Source: an uncultured virus (IMG/VR IMGVR_UViG_3300042868_008818)
Taxonomy: Duplodnaviria > Heunggongvirae > Uroviricota > Caudoviricetes
IMG/VR virus record: IMGVR_UViG_3300042868_008818
Coordinates: 1-64,000 of that record
Reading direction: 5' to 3' (one strand)
Length of the DNA: 64,000 nucleotides
The position numbers were made by a program, and so were the translations under genes. A model generated the notes under the pieces. That model saw only the letters and a program-made list of their open reading frames with translations. It searched no databases and was not told where the DNA came from. Shown here one piece after another: positions 29,710 through 40,505 of this stretch; positions within the stretch are counted from its first letter, which is position 1, and the number at the start of each line of letters is the position of its first letter.

Positions 29710-30060
29710 TCACTTCCAAAGTAGTTGTATTATTAATATCATAAATGATAAAAATAAACAAACGTATGTTTTTGTTGTTAGAGGTTCACTAAATACCGCC
29801 CAACTTAACCACGTAAATACCATTGCCCCTATACTAAAACCTATTAATCTGGAGGGCCACATTTCACCACCAAACGCAGAAATCATATTTTTTACTGAAA
29901 ACATAAATAACATAGATATTGGTATACCTGTTAATACTGTCAACCAATAGTGATCTTTAATCCAATCAAATTTTAGTTGTCCTTGTAGTTGAAAAAATGT
30001 TAGTATCTGAGCCAAACCCCCAAAAACAATACCGATTAAAAGATTATTTATATTTACCAT
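29710..30060 (-). CDS. Small four-TM membrane protein (DMT/SMR-like)
   Basis: Four hydrophobic helices; C-terminal F.EP motif. Confidence 0.6.
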   Translation of the reverse strand: MVNINNLLIGIVFGGLAQILTFFQLQGQLKFDWIKDHYWLTVLTGIPISMLFMFSVKNMISAFGGEMWPSRLIGFSIGAMVFTWLSWAVFSEPLTTKTYVCLFLSFMILIIQLLWK

Positions 30061-30120
30061 ATTTTAATTACCTCAATTATTCTTTTAAAAAAAGTTTTTA
30101 ATTTATTATTTTTTTATTTT

Positions 30121-30699
30121 TCATCCTAAGTAGTTTAAAATCTTTTCTTTAACTCCTGATTGTTTAATACCTTCATTTGATTTTGGTGTTAATACAAAAT
30201 TATCAATTGCCCATTCATCCTTCCAAGGCTCCCCAATCTTACCCATATTTAAATCATCTATAGAAACCCAATGAGTTATTTCAGGGTGATCGTGAAGATA
30301 TTGTTTAATTTCAATAGTTCGTAATTGTTCTGACTCCCATCGTGGTGACCACATAAATAAATTACCATGAACGGTACAATGTTGTATGTTAGGTGTCAAA
30401 GCAATTGGTCGTTTGATAATACCCTGACTTTCGTAGTAATCTCCAAGTTCTTCAAGAGTTGCGTGTAATTTCCAATCTGAACTTACAACAATTTCAGCTC
30501 CCGTTTCTTCAAGTATCTCATTAAGTACCTTAATAGCCTTTGTGTCAAAATCATCAAAACGATATTCAACAGGTGAGTCTTTTTTTTCTTTACTACCATC
30601 AGGGTTTTCACTACGGTATTTTGCCCATTTCTTAGTTCGTCCACCCCAATTGTTGGAGAGACATATAACTCCGTCGTTGTCTAAAAATATAACCTTCAT
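30121..30699 (-). CDS. HAD domain protein (RNA-repair 'Swiss army knife' type)
   Basis: KVIFLDNDGV, IVVSSDW, WVSIDD. Confidence 0.8.
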   Translation of the reverse strand: MKVIFLDNDGVICLSNNWGGRTKKWAKYRSENPDGSKEKKDSPVEYRFDDFDTKAIKVLNEILEETGAEIVVSSDWKLHATLEELGDYYESQGIIKRPIALTPNIQHCTVHGNLFMWSPRWESEQLRTIEIKQYLHDHPEITHWVSIDDLNMGKIGEPWKDEWAIDNFVLTPKSNEGIKQSGVKEKILNYLG

Positions 30700-30744
30700 A
30701 GATACAAATATAATAAAAAAATTTTGATTTTACAAATAAAATAA

Positions 30745-31347
30745 TTACGAATGTTTTTCGTTATAACTTTTTGCCTTTTTAAAATACTCCTTTGCGGACA
30801 TTTTAACTATTTTTGGGTATTCGTTTAAATACCAAGATATTACCTGATCTAAAGTTTTAAACTCAATGTCACTCATATCGTATGTGAATTCAAGATGAAA
30901 TTCATCTTCTTCAATATAATCATTATCAGGTTCTTTCCAATCACCTCTCGTATAGTATTCAAAACGAAAACTAATTATCATTGACCGCCTACTTGAACAT
31001 AAAAATGGTTGAGCATATCCATAAGTAGTTTCTACAACCTCAGACCCATTAATAATTGATGTATTCCAATGAAATCCATTACCATCATATTCTTCATTTG
31101 TTATTTCTATTTCATCAACTTTTAATATTTCTGGTATATCTTTAGTTTGAAAAATGTAATAAAACATTATCTCAGTTAGTTCTTGACAACTAAAGTTATT
31201 TCCATTTTTTGGTTTTAAAAAAATCTTAGCCGCAGATAAAGGTAATTTAAATCCCCTTAATGTTTCATAATAACCAACATTATCTGACATTTTAATTAGT
31301 TGTTTTGATATCTCATTTGCTTGTGATTCATTAAGAACATATTTCAT
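30745..31347 (-). CDS. Leader-bearing hypothetical protein
   Basis: MKYVLNESQ; TATTTAT 4 nt upstream. Confidence 0.75.
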   Translation of the reverse strand: MKYVLNESQANEISKQLIKMSDNVGYYETLRGFKLPLSAAKIFLKPKNGNNFSCQELTEIMFYYIFQTKDIPEILKVDEIEITNEEYDGNGFHWNTSIINGSEVVETTYGYAQPFLCSSRRSMIISFRFEYYTRGDWKEPDNDYIEEDEFHLEFTYDMSDIEFKTLDQVISWYLNEYPKIVKMSAKEYFKKAKSYNEKHS

Positions 31348-31370
31348 AACAATAAATATGGTATAAAATT

Positions 31371-31395
31371 AAAAACCCCACCTAAGTGGGGTTTT
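31371..31395. terminator. Intrinsic terminator
   Basis: aaaaccccac-ctaa-gtggggtttt perfect stem. Confidence 0.8.
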
Positions 31396-31401
31396 ATATA
31401 A

Positions 31402-31567
31402 TTTGATTCAAAGATTAAAAACCACAAAAATAAAGAAGTTTAAATAATGAGAGTAATGAATTTTCAAGAGTTGATTATTGAGTTTGGGACTATACATTAT
31501 CAGAATCATTCACCTAACCATTCGGTTTTCTAAGTAGATACAGTTTAACTTTAATCTTATCCTCAAA
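31402..31567 (-). ncRNA. Candidate structured RNA / long 3' UTR
   Basis: 166 nt gap between stop codon and terminator with complementary ends (TTTGA..AAGATTAAAG / TTTTAATCTT..TCAAA). Confidence 0.4.
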
Positions 31568-32023
31568 TTATATTTCTGTATTTGAATTGAACACATCCAT
31601 TTCATCTTGGAGTTCCTCAATTCTATCTTCCATTTCTCTAATAATTTCATTTCTTTCAACCAAAGAAACTTCCGACGTTAATACTAATTCACTTTCCATT
31701 CGGTAACGATCTCTATTAGATTTACCTTCAGTACAATCCAACTTTTGAAGTGCTTTGATGTTTGATTTTAATTCAGACATTTCAAAAATCTTTTCAAACA
31801 TCGGAGCGTTTGATCTATGAATTTTTGATTTTAATTCAATCAACTCATATGTTGATTTTGTTATATTACCCATCAATAATACAGGTGAATATGGTCTTTC
31901 ATTTCCGACTTCAACCGTATTATACTCTTGAAGTAATTTTGTGTTATCACTAATTGATTTAATCAATTTGTTTTTTAACTTAAGTGCTTGTTTAATATTC
32001 ATAATTTCATTAATTGTTTTCAA
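31568..32023 (-). CDS. DIP1984-like (DUF6847-like) coiled-coil protein
   Basis: MNIKQALKLKNKL...LKSKIHRSN...ELQDEMDVFNSNTEI; probable start 32002. Confidence 0.6.
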   Translation of the reverse strand: MKTINEIMNIKQALKLKNKLIKSISDNTKLLQEYNTVEVGNERPYSPVLLMGNITKSTYELIELKSKIHRSNAPMFEKIFEMSELKSNIKALQKLDCTEGKSNRDRYRMESELVLTSEVSLVERNEIIREMEDRIEELQDEMDVFNSNTEI

Positions 32024-32069
32024 AACATATACTATTTTTTAATATGTGTCAAGTATTTTGTTAATATTT

Positions 32070-32624
32070 TTATTTTATAACTTCATGGGCTTTTAAAGAC
32101 CAAGGATCAAAAAAATTATTAACATCACAAACCATAATTTCATTAGTCTTGGCGTTGTAATATAAATCACCATTATTTATTGGTTCCAATAATTTTGTCA
32201 AATATGTTTTTCCTTGGTATTCAATATATAGTTTTTCGTCTCTATGATTTTCACATAAAGTATAAACCCAACCTTTAATACTATTTTGTTCTCCCGGTTC
32301 TCCACAAACTTCACAAACAGAAAATGTTTCTTTTTCCGCTTCCACCACAAAGTAAAACCCATTTTCTGGTAGGTTATCCAAAAATATGCTCATACCACCA
32401 AATTTTTCTTTAACGTTAATAAAACTTTTGTCCCATCCCATTTTTATTAATACCTCAAAAAGTCTTTGGAGTATCCCTAACCATCCATTTCCAACACCAA
32501 ATCGTTTTCTTTCTGTTATTGATTCCAAGTGTGGTTTATGTGAAATTTTTATACCACCAATATTTTTCAAAAAGTTTTCAAATTCCTGATCTGTCCTGTG
32601 ATTATCATTCATTCTTACCCCCAT
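32070..32624 (-). CDS. Phage hypothetical protein with zinc finger
   Basis: VKEKFGG...CEVCGEPG...LCENH. Confidence 0.7.
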   Translation of the reverse strand: MGVRMNDNHRTDQEFENFLKNIGGIKISHKPHLESITERKRFGVGNGWLGILQRLFEVLIKMGWDKSFINVKEKFGGMSIFLDNLPENGFYFVVEAEKETFSVCEVCGEPGEQNSIKGWVYTLCENHRDEKLYIEYQGKTYLTKLLEPINNGDLYYNAKTNEIMVCDVNNFFDPWSLKAHEVIK

Positions 32625-33033
32625 TTTTTCTTTCTATTTTAACCATGGTTAAAGCGTTTGTCAATATCCAATAAGTGTCCCAAAAACCACCTCTATCATC
32701 AAGGAATATATTAGCGTATATCTTACCATTTACGCCATATGGTTTATCCCATTCAGGATGCATTTTATTTACTCCGTGTACGGTGATCCCAAGTTCTTCA
32801 ACTTGTTCTTTTGCTTTTTCTAATTGGTATTCACTTCTTGCGGTATTGATTAAAAATATAATACCTTCCTTTTGGCATTCCAAAATTAAATCGACCATTT
32901 TTTTACAGTTGTCTTTAATTTCTTCATTATAAGGAATAATTGTATCATCAAGATCACAACCAATTATAATCTTACCATTTTTTAACCATTCGGTAACTAA
33001 CCTATTCGTGTAAAAGTTTACGTGATGTCTCAT
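32605..33033 (-). CDS. HAD-like protein
   Basis: CDLDDTI, NTAR, KIYANIFLDDR. Confidence 0.75.
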   Translation of the reverse strand: MRHHVNFYTNRLVTEWLKNGKIIIGCDLDDTIIPYNEEIKDNCKKMVDLILECQKEGIIFLINTARSEYQLEKAKEQVEELGITVHGVNKMHPEWDKPYGVNGKIYANIFLDDRGGFWDTYWILTNALTMVKIERKNGGKNE

Positions 33034-33186
33034 TTAATCAATTTTAATAACTCCCATAATTCTTAATTGTGCAAGTAATGCACAACCCCAACCTCCAATA
33101 GCAATCCAATTCTCTAATACAATACACATTCCAACGTTTAATACATAAAGTATTGCCAAAAATGTTTCAATTTTTCTATTCATAAT

Positions 33187-33720
33187 TTAAAGATAATGTT
33201 TATTTTCTTCGAACCAAAGTTCTTTTATTTTTTTGACCGATATTTTTTCTTTTGTTGTATCACAAACCAATTCTTTGATCCCAACAGATTCTAATTTTTT
33301 ATCCCATTCAATACAGGACTCTATATTATCGTAATTAAAATTCCATTCATGTTTGAATATTTTACTGTTATTCAATGCCTTTTCTATCGGTAATAAAACA
33401 TTTAAAGCCTTTAAAGTTTTCTTAAAGTCTTCTACCGATTTCCATTTTTTATGTAAACCTTTTTTGTGTATATATAAAACAATATTACTCATTCCAATCA
33501 GGTGATCATCCGTTTCTTTTTCCATATTCTCAACATGGAATGGTAATTTTGATTTAACCTCTTTAACGTTATTATCAAATATAATAGGGTTTCTTAACAT
33601 TGTGGCACAAGTCTCCAAGATTTGATGGTTATCATTAAAGTCCTCAGTTAATGAATCCATAACTGACATCAATCTTCTAACACATTGATATCTATTTTCC
33701 CATTCTTCTTTAGTCCTCAT
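33187..33720 (-). CDS. Hypothetical protein
   Basis: ORF track. Confidence 0.7.
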   Translation of the reverse strand: MRTKEEWENRYQCVRRLMSVMDSLTEDFNDNHQILETCATMLRNPIIFDNNVKEVKSKLPFHVENMEKETDDHLIGMSNIVLYIHKKGLHKKWKSVEDFKKTLKALNVLLPIEKALNNSKIFKHEWNFNYDNIESCIEWDKKLESVGIKELVCDTTKEKISVKKIKELWFEENKHYL

Positions 33721-33916
33721 TTGTATTTTCTATTAATGTTTCTTCCTTTATTAATTTAACACTACCCATAGTTCTTGAGTAATGTTCTTCAAGATCATAA
33801 CCACTTTTACCGCAGTCACATATTTGCATGTCCCAACGTCTATTTGAGAATGACTCGTGTTGTGTTTTACATTCACCACATTCCCAAGTTACTTTTTTAT
33901 ATGTATTATTTTCCAT
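33710..33916 (-). CDS. Small zinc-binding protein
   Basis: CGEC...CDCG. Confidence 0.7.
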   Translation of the reverse strand: MENNTYKKVTWECGECKTQHESFSNRRWDMQICDCGKSGYDLEEHYSRTMGSVKLIKEETLIENTNED

Positions 33917-33932
33917 TCTTTATTTCAATTAT

Positions 33933-34973
33933 TTAATCATCATTGTCCTCGTTAATATGGTCAACGATACATTTGGTTAGATATTCTTCCGTTGTTTCTT
34001 CTCTTCTAACAATAGTAGGAAAAGGAATCATTGATCCAGCATGTCTTCTTAATCTTGGTACAACTCGTAGTCGTGGTGCAAAGTCTTCCACCTGTGTCGG
34101 CATTGGTAATTCATCAACCAATTCTTCTGTTACAGTATCATAACCATTGTATTTTCTAAAAATAATTTTTTCCTCTTCCGAAAATAACTTATAGTTAGGT
34201 AATGTTGTTGGTAAACTAGTGTCCGCCTCCATTAAAATGATCTTAATAATATTAATTGGTAGACCTGTTTGGATTGTGTCTATTTGTTTATCTTCTTGAT
34301 TATACGTTTTAAATACAAGATTTTCATGTGAATCCATGTCGTAAAATTCTTTAACAGGACTATGGAATGCAAATTTTCTATTTTCTTTTTTATCAATTAA
34401 ATAAATTAAAACTCCTCTTGAATGACTGTAGAAATACGATGCGTCATTAACCATTGCAGTACACCATTTTGTTTGATACCCGTAAGAACAAGATGCCATA
34501 TAACTTAATGGTCTAAAAATTAAATAATTCTCGTCCTCAAAAATAATACTAATTTCTTTTTTTGACTTTTTGAACATGTCTTTATTCTTAGCCTCAAAAA
34601 GTTGCATTTCTAACATATCCCAAGAATCGTATTTACTAATGTCTTTTTCATCAACTAATCCTTTATCCATTAATTTACAAAATTCAACAAATCTTTCCAT
34701 AGCATCATGACTAAAAAGACTATCACAAACATAATGTCTTATCATATTATTATCAAAATCAGAACTAGGAATAACTTCATCCAAATGATTATTTTGTAAA
34801 TTACGTATGTAATTTTCTTTAGTTTCATTATTAAAAATCTCCCTTCTTTTATTTATCATTTTAACCAAAAATTGAGTATATTTTTTGGTCTTACTTGTAT
34901 CGAACTTTCCTAACATTTCAACTAATGTCATGTTAAGATAATCATTTTCTTTTTTTAATTGTTTAATTCCCAT
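33933..34973 (-). CDS. ASCxYGxxTKWC-domain protein
   Basis: RPLSYMASCSYGYQTKWCTA; SKTKKY..F; KDISKY; paralog of 5316..6524. Confidence 0.8.
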   Translation of the reverse strand: MGIKQLKKENDYLNMTLVEMLGKFDTSKTKKYTQFLVKMINKRREIFNNETKENYIRNLQNNHLDEVIPSSDFDNNMIRHYVCDSLFSHDAMERFVEFCKLMDKGLVDEKDISKYDSWDMLEMQLFEAKNKDMFKKSKKEISIIFEDENYLIFRPLSYMASCSYGYQTKWCTAMVNDASYFYSHSRGVLIYLIDKKENRKFAFHSPVKEFYDMDSHENLVFKTYNQEDKQIDTIQTGLPINIIKIILMEADTSLPTTLPNYKLFSEEEKIIFRKYNGYDTVTEELVDELPMPTQVEDFAPRLRVVPRLRRHAGSMIPFPTIVRREETTEEYLTKCIVDHINEDNDD

Positions 34974-35411
34974 TTTCTTCTTTATTTTCTATTAGACATG
35001 AACTAAATATAAAAAATTCAAATATAACAAACAATACCCCACCCCAAAAATATTGGGAGATCCACCAATCTATTGGGTTAAATGATTTATTAACTAATAC
35101 CATGATGGAATACCAAAAAAGGTTTTTTGATAGGAACGGTATTAGATCTAAGTTAAATTTTTTATTCATCATCTTAAAACAAAATTATGTATAACGATTA
35201 ATAACTCCTCTACTCTATCTGTTTTCAGTATAACGGCTCTATCTTCTTTAACCACAATGTCCATATATCCAAGATCTTCTTTTAATCTGTTTGCTTGGAT
35301 TTTAATTTCTTTTTTTGCATCATCTTCATTTTTGAAGAATCCAAAGTACGAATCACATTTTCCTGTTTTATCGCACACACCATAAATGATGTCTCTTGCC
35401 GTTTGTATCAT
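34963..35411 (-). CDS. Two small hypothetical genes (34963-35172 membrane; 35169-35411)
   Basis: ORF track. Confidence 0.6.
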
Positions 35412-35444
35412 AATTGTTTATTTATATATTTTTATAAAGTTAAT

Positions 35445-35474
35445 AAAAAAAGGTGACTCTTAGTGAGAGTCACC
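35445..35474 (-). terminator. Intrinsic terminator overlapping the ligase stop codon
   Basis: ggtgactct...agagtcacc with T tail on the minus strand. Confidence 0.7.
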
Positions 35475-36587
35475 AACATTATTTTTTTCACCGTATATTA
35501 AGTAGTCGGGATTTATCACTTTGGATACTTTTCTACGATCACCAGTTACTGATTTAACTACTATACCTTCGTGTGGTACTTTGGTACCTTCTATGTTATT
35601 ATTGAACACAAACTTATCTTGTTCCTCCTTATTCCAATTACCTTGGTATAATAATTCTACTTGTGGTAATTGTAGGCAATCAAAGTGTACAGTTTCATTT
35701 ATGTATGGTTGGTATTCACCATCAACTTCAACATCAAACCCAACAAACTTAACATCAGTTAAACCGTATTCATAGTTTTTTTGTATACCGGCACCGTATA
35801 TCTCACCATATATAACAACACCTTCAGTTAACTTATCTGGATAGTAAGTATCTTTTACGTGATCCCATAATTTTTGACGTATGTTGTATTTGTTTGATAT
35901 GTTTTCCCATACGTTAGTATCATAAAACCCTTGTGAGTCTGAACCTTTTTCAACGTTATGGGAACCATAAACATACTCAAATGCCACCCACTCATTTCCA
36001 AAAAACATTTTAACTCGGTCCCACAAAGAAAGTGTTTTCTTTCTAACTATCCCGTAACGAGCATTGGTTCCGTGTAACTTACGAGTTATAACAACCTCAT
36101 CTTCCTCACTGAACATATCAGGTACGTTCTTTTGATTAGGAAACTTGTAGTAAACTTTGAAGTTAGGATTTTGGTGGTATTTCACTTTACGTCCACCTAC
36201 ACTTAACTGTATAGTTTTTACAGGTGGTTCATACTTATGTATTCCCATTTTTTCCATTAAGTCCATCCCCACATAATATACATCCCCAAAACCTGGTATG
36301 TATTTGTTAGGTATTAAAAGACATTCAGAATAAACCCCGCGAAGTTTTACAGTCCTAACTCTTTGACCTTTACGTAAATAATTAGTAACCCCCAATTTAT
36401 CTGATAATTCTTTTGGTATTACCGCATCAGTAGTTGCAACAACTACAAGATCATCAACCTTATATTCACCTTTTTTAGTTATGGCATTCCAACCACCAAC
36501 AGTTACTAATTCTATGTTGTCGGCACCTGGTATTTCAGATACTGAACCTATTACCCCTACGTATGATACACTATTTTGATTTTCCAT
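35460..36587 (-). CDS. RNA ligase, DRB0094/Rnl2-like family
   Basis: N-terminal IPGADNIE...RTVKLRGVYSE; KLHGTN motif I, YGEIYG, FD, EGIVVK, KVI. Confidence 0.9.
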   Translation of the reverse strand: MENQNSVSYVGVIGSVSEIPGADNIELVTVGGWNAITKKGEYKVDDLVVVATTDAVIPKELSDKLGVTNYLRKGQRVRTVKLRGVYSECLLIPNKYIPGFGDVYYVGMDLMEKMGIHKYEPPVKTIQLSVGGRKVKYHQNPNFKVYYKFPNQKNVPDMFSEEDEVVITRKLHGTNARYGIVRKKTLSLWDRVKMFFGNEWVAFEYVYGSHNVEKGSDSQGFYDTNVWENISNKYNIRQKLWDHVKDTYYPDKLTEGVVIYGEIYGAGIQKNYEYGLTDVKFVGFDVEVDGEYQPYINETVHFDCLQLPQVELLYQGNWNKEEQDKFVFNNNIEGTKVPHEGIVVKSVTGDRRKVSKVINPDYLIYGEKNNVGDSH

Positions 36588-36589
36588 AT

Positions 36590-36850
36590 TTATATATTTT
36601 CAAATTCTTTGTTCACTAACTCTATTTCCCCATTTATTCTCTCAAGTTCTTTAGTTAACATCCCCCTAATTGCTCCTGTGTCATAAAGATTGATTTCACC
36701 TTTACTTCGGAATTCTCCACCTCTTGAGTATGCAATTGTTGCCCCCAAAGAACAAGATTTAAGTGCATATTCTAATTTAGATTTTTGTGTTTCCAACCTA
36801 TCAAGTGTTTCTTTTATTTTTTTTGCTTGTTCAAATTTTTCTAATTCCAT
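36590..36850 (-). CDS. Hypothetical protein
   Basis: TACCTTTG 4 nt upstream. Confidence 0.7.
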   Translation of the reverse strand: MELEKFEQAKKIKETLDRLETQKSKLEYALKSCSLGATIAYSRGGEFRSKGEINLYDTGAIRGMLTKELERINGEIELVNKEFENI

Positions 36851-36874
36851 AATACAAAGGTATAAATTATTTTT

Positions 36875-38099
36875 TTAATTATCACCATCTTCTTCAAGAT
36901 AATTTATCTTCATAGATCTTGGTTCAGTAAAATCCCACTTCTTACTTTCAAACTCTGTAACCCATTCACTAACATCTTCTCTTGTCCAATGTGGAGCAAA
37001 AGAAGGACGGTACTTAAATGGTAAATTTTTACTTTCATCCCATTCATCAAGTCGTTTTGTTACATCTTCAATAAGGTTTTTAGTCTTAGTATGTTTAATC
37101 CACTCTCTGTAATCATCCTCGGATTTAATAAACATAACGTCACCATAATTTTCAAACTCCATCTCAGGAAATTCCAAATTTGGGTTGTTAGTATAAACAT
37201 CAACAATACCATTGTCTCCGTAATATGAATCACAAAGTTCTTTCAAACCATATAAACTACTTGGGGTTTCTTCCCATACACTACCGAACTGACGGACAGA
37301 ACAGATATACAAATACCCATCTGTGTAGGAATGTATTCTTCCTTGTATCTCATTTCTTAATGAAATAAGTTCGTCCATTGTTAATTTGTCTAAATTCATA
37401 TTGTTCGTGTACTGTTTGCGTTTTTAATCATTTTAATTTTTACAATAATTTCTTCTGGGGTTTCTTTAACTCTAAACCCACCATTATTATGTGTTGTTAC
37501 ACCAACTGTGGTAAATTTTTCCGGTTTGAATACACCATTAGAATTCATTTTGGATACTTCTCCTTCGTTGAAATGTCCGATTTCATCTATGTTAATATAG
37601 ATGGGACTATTGTCACTATGTGATGTTAATTTAATTAGTTTCATTTGTATATTTTCTTAATAGTTTGAATATCTCTGTAATATCTGTAAAATTAGATGGT
37701 GGACTATCGTTTCTTCCAGGAAGAAAGATTATTGTAAATCCGTGATTTCCTTCAAACTTTTCAGTTACTCTTTTACCACAGATCTCAGTAATATAAACCC
37801 AAGGAAAGTTCCCTGATAGTTTTACATCAATTCCAATTTTTTTCAATCTTTCTACAAATACTGTGATTTTATCACCAGTTAGTTTTGTACTTGTTTCTGT
37901 TTCCATTTTTATATATGTTCCAAATTTAGTTTTTACTTCCATAACATTCTAATTTTTTATCTTTAACATTCCACAAATCTTTTTTTCCCTCTGTCATATG
38001 ACAATTGTGTTTCTTACCGGTTCTCTCAGCAAAATCAACAATAGTATCGTTGTGACGATTACGAATGAAGTGGGGGCATTCTTTACAAGGCTTTTTCAC
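36875..38099 (-). CDS. Four small hypothetical genes (36875-37399, 37396-37644, 37631-37942, 37926-38099)
   Basis: ORF track; the first gene transcribed likely starts at GTG 38099, 4 nt after TATCTTTG (CKECP). Confidence 0.65.
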
Positions 38100-38163
38100 C
38101 TTACAAAGATATAAAAGTTTTTTTAATAAAACAAAAAATCCCTCCGTAAAGAAGGGATTTAAT

Positions 38164-38529
38164 TTATTTTTTAATTGGTACCGTATCCACAATTTCAAGT
38201 GAGACTGGTATTACTCCTCTTCTTAAGAAATCCATTTGTTTGGCGGTACCGTAGGATAGATCAATAATGTGACTTGATGATTTAGGTAATCTGTCATTAA
38301 TTTTAACATATCTAATAGAGTCATTGATGAGGTTTGTTACTTTCACGACAGTTCCAAACTTGAATGTCTTGTGTGCAGCAGTTAGACTATCTTTATGGAA
38401 TCTTTCTCCTGATGCGGTTAATCTACCTGTATAGTTTTTACCATAATATGTTGCGGTTCCTTTATATATTTTAGGGGTACTAATAAATGATAATGTAAAT
38501 AACGATATAACTAATATAATTTTTCTCAT
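38164..38529 (-). CDS. rlpA: RlpA-like lytic transglycosylase (DPBB domain)
   Basis: Signal peptide; GTATYYG, TASGERF, TAAHKT, VKINDR, IIDLS. Confidence 0.9.
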   Translation of the reverse strand: MRKIILVISLFTLSFISTPKIYKGTATYYGKNYTGRLTASGERFHKDSLTAAHKTFKFGTVVKVTNLINDSIRYVKINDRLPKSSSHIIDLSYGTAKQMDFLRRGVIPVSLEIVDTVPIKK

Positions 38530-38574
38530 ATAGTTAAAATAAAAAATCCCTTACAAAAAGTAAAGGATTTTAAT

Positions 38575-39825
38575 TTAACGTTTGAATTTAAACTCGGTTT
38601 CTATTTTTCTTTTTCCATGTTTTTTCTCCATCATTTTTTGGTGTAGATCCCAATCAATTATTGATTCATTTGTGGTTTCCTTTTCGTCAGGAATAAGTGA
38701 ATAAATTTTAGAAAGTCTTTTAATTAATTTTGTTGCAACATAATTAAATCTTTCACACTCGTCAACAAAGAACTGTTCTTCTTTATTTCGGTATCTAGCA
38801 ATGTGGTTTAAAAACTTATTTCTAACTTTCTCCAATCCTTCACTATTATTATCTTTAACCATATGCCCCATACCCATCATTCTCATAAATGCCGCGGCTC
38901 TATCATTCATATCCTCTGTCATTCTATCAAAAATATCTTTTTTAGCACTTATTAGATTAATATAAACCAAATCCATAAGTACATATATTTTTTTATCTTC
39001 AGACATATCTTCATAAGGTACTCCAGCATGTGATAATAAAGAATCAATTCTATCCATTTGTTCGTGTAGTTTTTTAACTAAATTAGTATAACTAAAATCT
39101 CTAATTTCTTTTAGTTCTTTAACTACTTTATCGTTTTCAAAAAATTCTCTAAACTTTTCTTTTGTAATACCGGTTAATTTCATTCTTGTTGCAATTTCAG
39201 TTGGTCTAACAAGGTTCTCAACGTGTTGAATAAAATAACTGTGTCTCATAAATTCATTAATCACTGGAATTCCAAAGTTTAATCCTGAACTAGTGTATGC
39301 TTGGTAATCAGCATCTTTACCTATCAAATCCGTTTCTTTTTTTTGTTTATCAAACTTATGTTTAATTTCGTGAGCAATTACAGATATAAATTCAACCTTA
39401 TCTTTACTAAAATAGTTATAAATGTCTTCAGAATCCCAATTATCCTCATTTGATCCAAAATTTAAAGATAATTCAATACTATTATCTAATTTATGTACCT
39501 TCATTAATATTTTTTTATCAAAATTAAATTGGCTTGCAACTCCAGCAGACATCATAACAAGAGGTCCATCATAATCATCCATTTCGTTAATTTCAACTCG
39601 TAATTCTAACTCGTGTATTTTATAATCAGATATTGTTAAATCTAAATTGTTTTCAGTAAATGTTTGTGTGGTATTGTAATCGTCCATACCTTTTAATAGA
39701 TTCAAAATGATTTCATATAATTTTTCTGCCGATTCAATAATACCTTCTGGAACACCAACTGCCTCACTTAATAGATTTTTTACTATCAAATCCATTTGTC
39801 TTTCTGTAATAATAATTTTTGTCAT
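38575..39825 (-). CDS. Leader-bearing putative zincin metallopeptidase
   Basis: MTKIIITERQMDLIVKNLLSE; IAHEIKH with downstream Y....E. Confidence 0.6.
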   Translation of the reverse strand: MTKIIITERQMDLIVKNLLSEAVGVPEGIIESAEKLYEIILNLLKGMDDYNTTQTFTENNLDLTISDYKIHELELRVEINEMDDYDGPLVMMSAGVASQFNFDKKILMKVHKLDNSIELSLNFGSNEDNWDSEDIYNYFSKDKVEFISVIAHEIKHKFDKQKKETDLIGKDADYQAYTSSGLNFGIPVINEFMRHSYFIQHVENLVRPTEIATRMKLTGITKEKFREFFENDKVVKELKEIRDFSYTNLVKKLHEQMDRIDSLLSHAGVPYEDMSEDKKIYVLMDLVYINLISAKKDIFDRMTEDMNDRAAAFMRMMGMGHMVKDNNSEGLEKVRNKFLNHIARYRNKEEQFFVDECERFNYVATKLIKRLSKIYSLIPDEKETTNESIIDWDLHQKMMEKKHGKRKIETEFKFKR

Positions 39826-39851
39826 ACATATAAATATTATGGTGTTGCAAT

Positions 39852-40505
39852 TTAACCCACAACACCAACTAATCCATCCAAGTGATGATCTCCTGACATA
39901 TCAGAACCAACTGTTCTTTTATCCATTATTTTAATGATATCAGAAATACTATATGGATCCATCCCATTACCATCAACACCAACGTCCATTCTTCTACCAT
40001 TACCAAATTTTCTATTTTCCGGTAAGTGAACGTGCCCATGAAGGTGTATTACACCTTTGTTTAGTCCATTCCAACTTTGTAGTGGGTAGTGACATAACAC
40101 AAAATCTTTACCTTCAATGTTCACTTCCAAATAATGTTGAACACTTAAAAACCTTTTTTGAACAAAATCATAGTTTCTGTTAATATGGTGATCGTGATTC
40201 CCTAATATTAAGTGAATGTTGTGACAAACCAACCTTTCAAGAAAGATTCCAATATTATCAAATCCACCAAATGAAACATCACCCAACATAATTAGAGTGT
40301 CTTCCTGACCCACAAAATGATTTATACCATCAATCAAACGTTCGTTCATCTGTTCAATAGTTTGAAAGTCACGAGTAGAATCCACCGGTACTTCACCATC
40401 TTGTGTTCTCCAATTGGTAGTTCCTCTTACAATATTTTTGTGACCGTAGTGTGTGTCACTTGTAACCCACACTTTTCCTGTTGTCAATATTTTTTTAAAA
40501 CTCAT
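39852..40505 (-). CDS. Calcineurin-like phosphoesterase
   Basis: SDTHYGH, LGD, GNHD, CHYP, HGHVH, DVGVD. Confidence 0.9.
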   Translation of the reverse strand: MSFKKILTTGKVWVTSDTHYGHKNIVRGTTNWRTQDGEVPVDSTRDFQTIEQMNERLIDGINHFVGQEDTLIMLGDVSFGGFDNIGIFLERLVCHNIHLILGNHDHHINRNYDFVQKRFLSVQHYLEVNIEGKDFVLCHYPLQSWNGLNKGVIHLHGHVHLPENRKFGNGRRMDVGVDGNGMDPYSISDIIKIMDKRTVGSDMSGDHHLDGLVGVVG

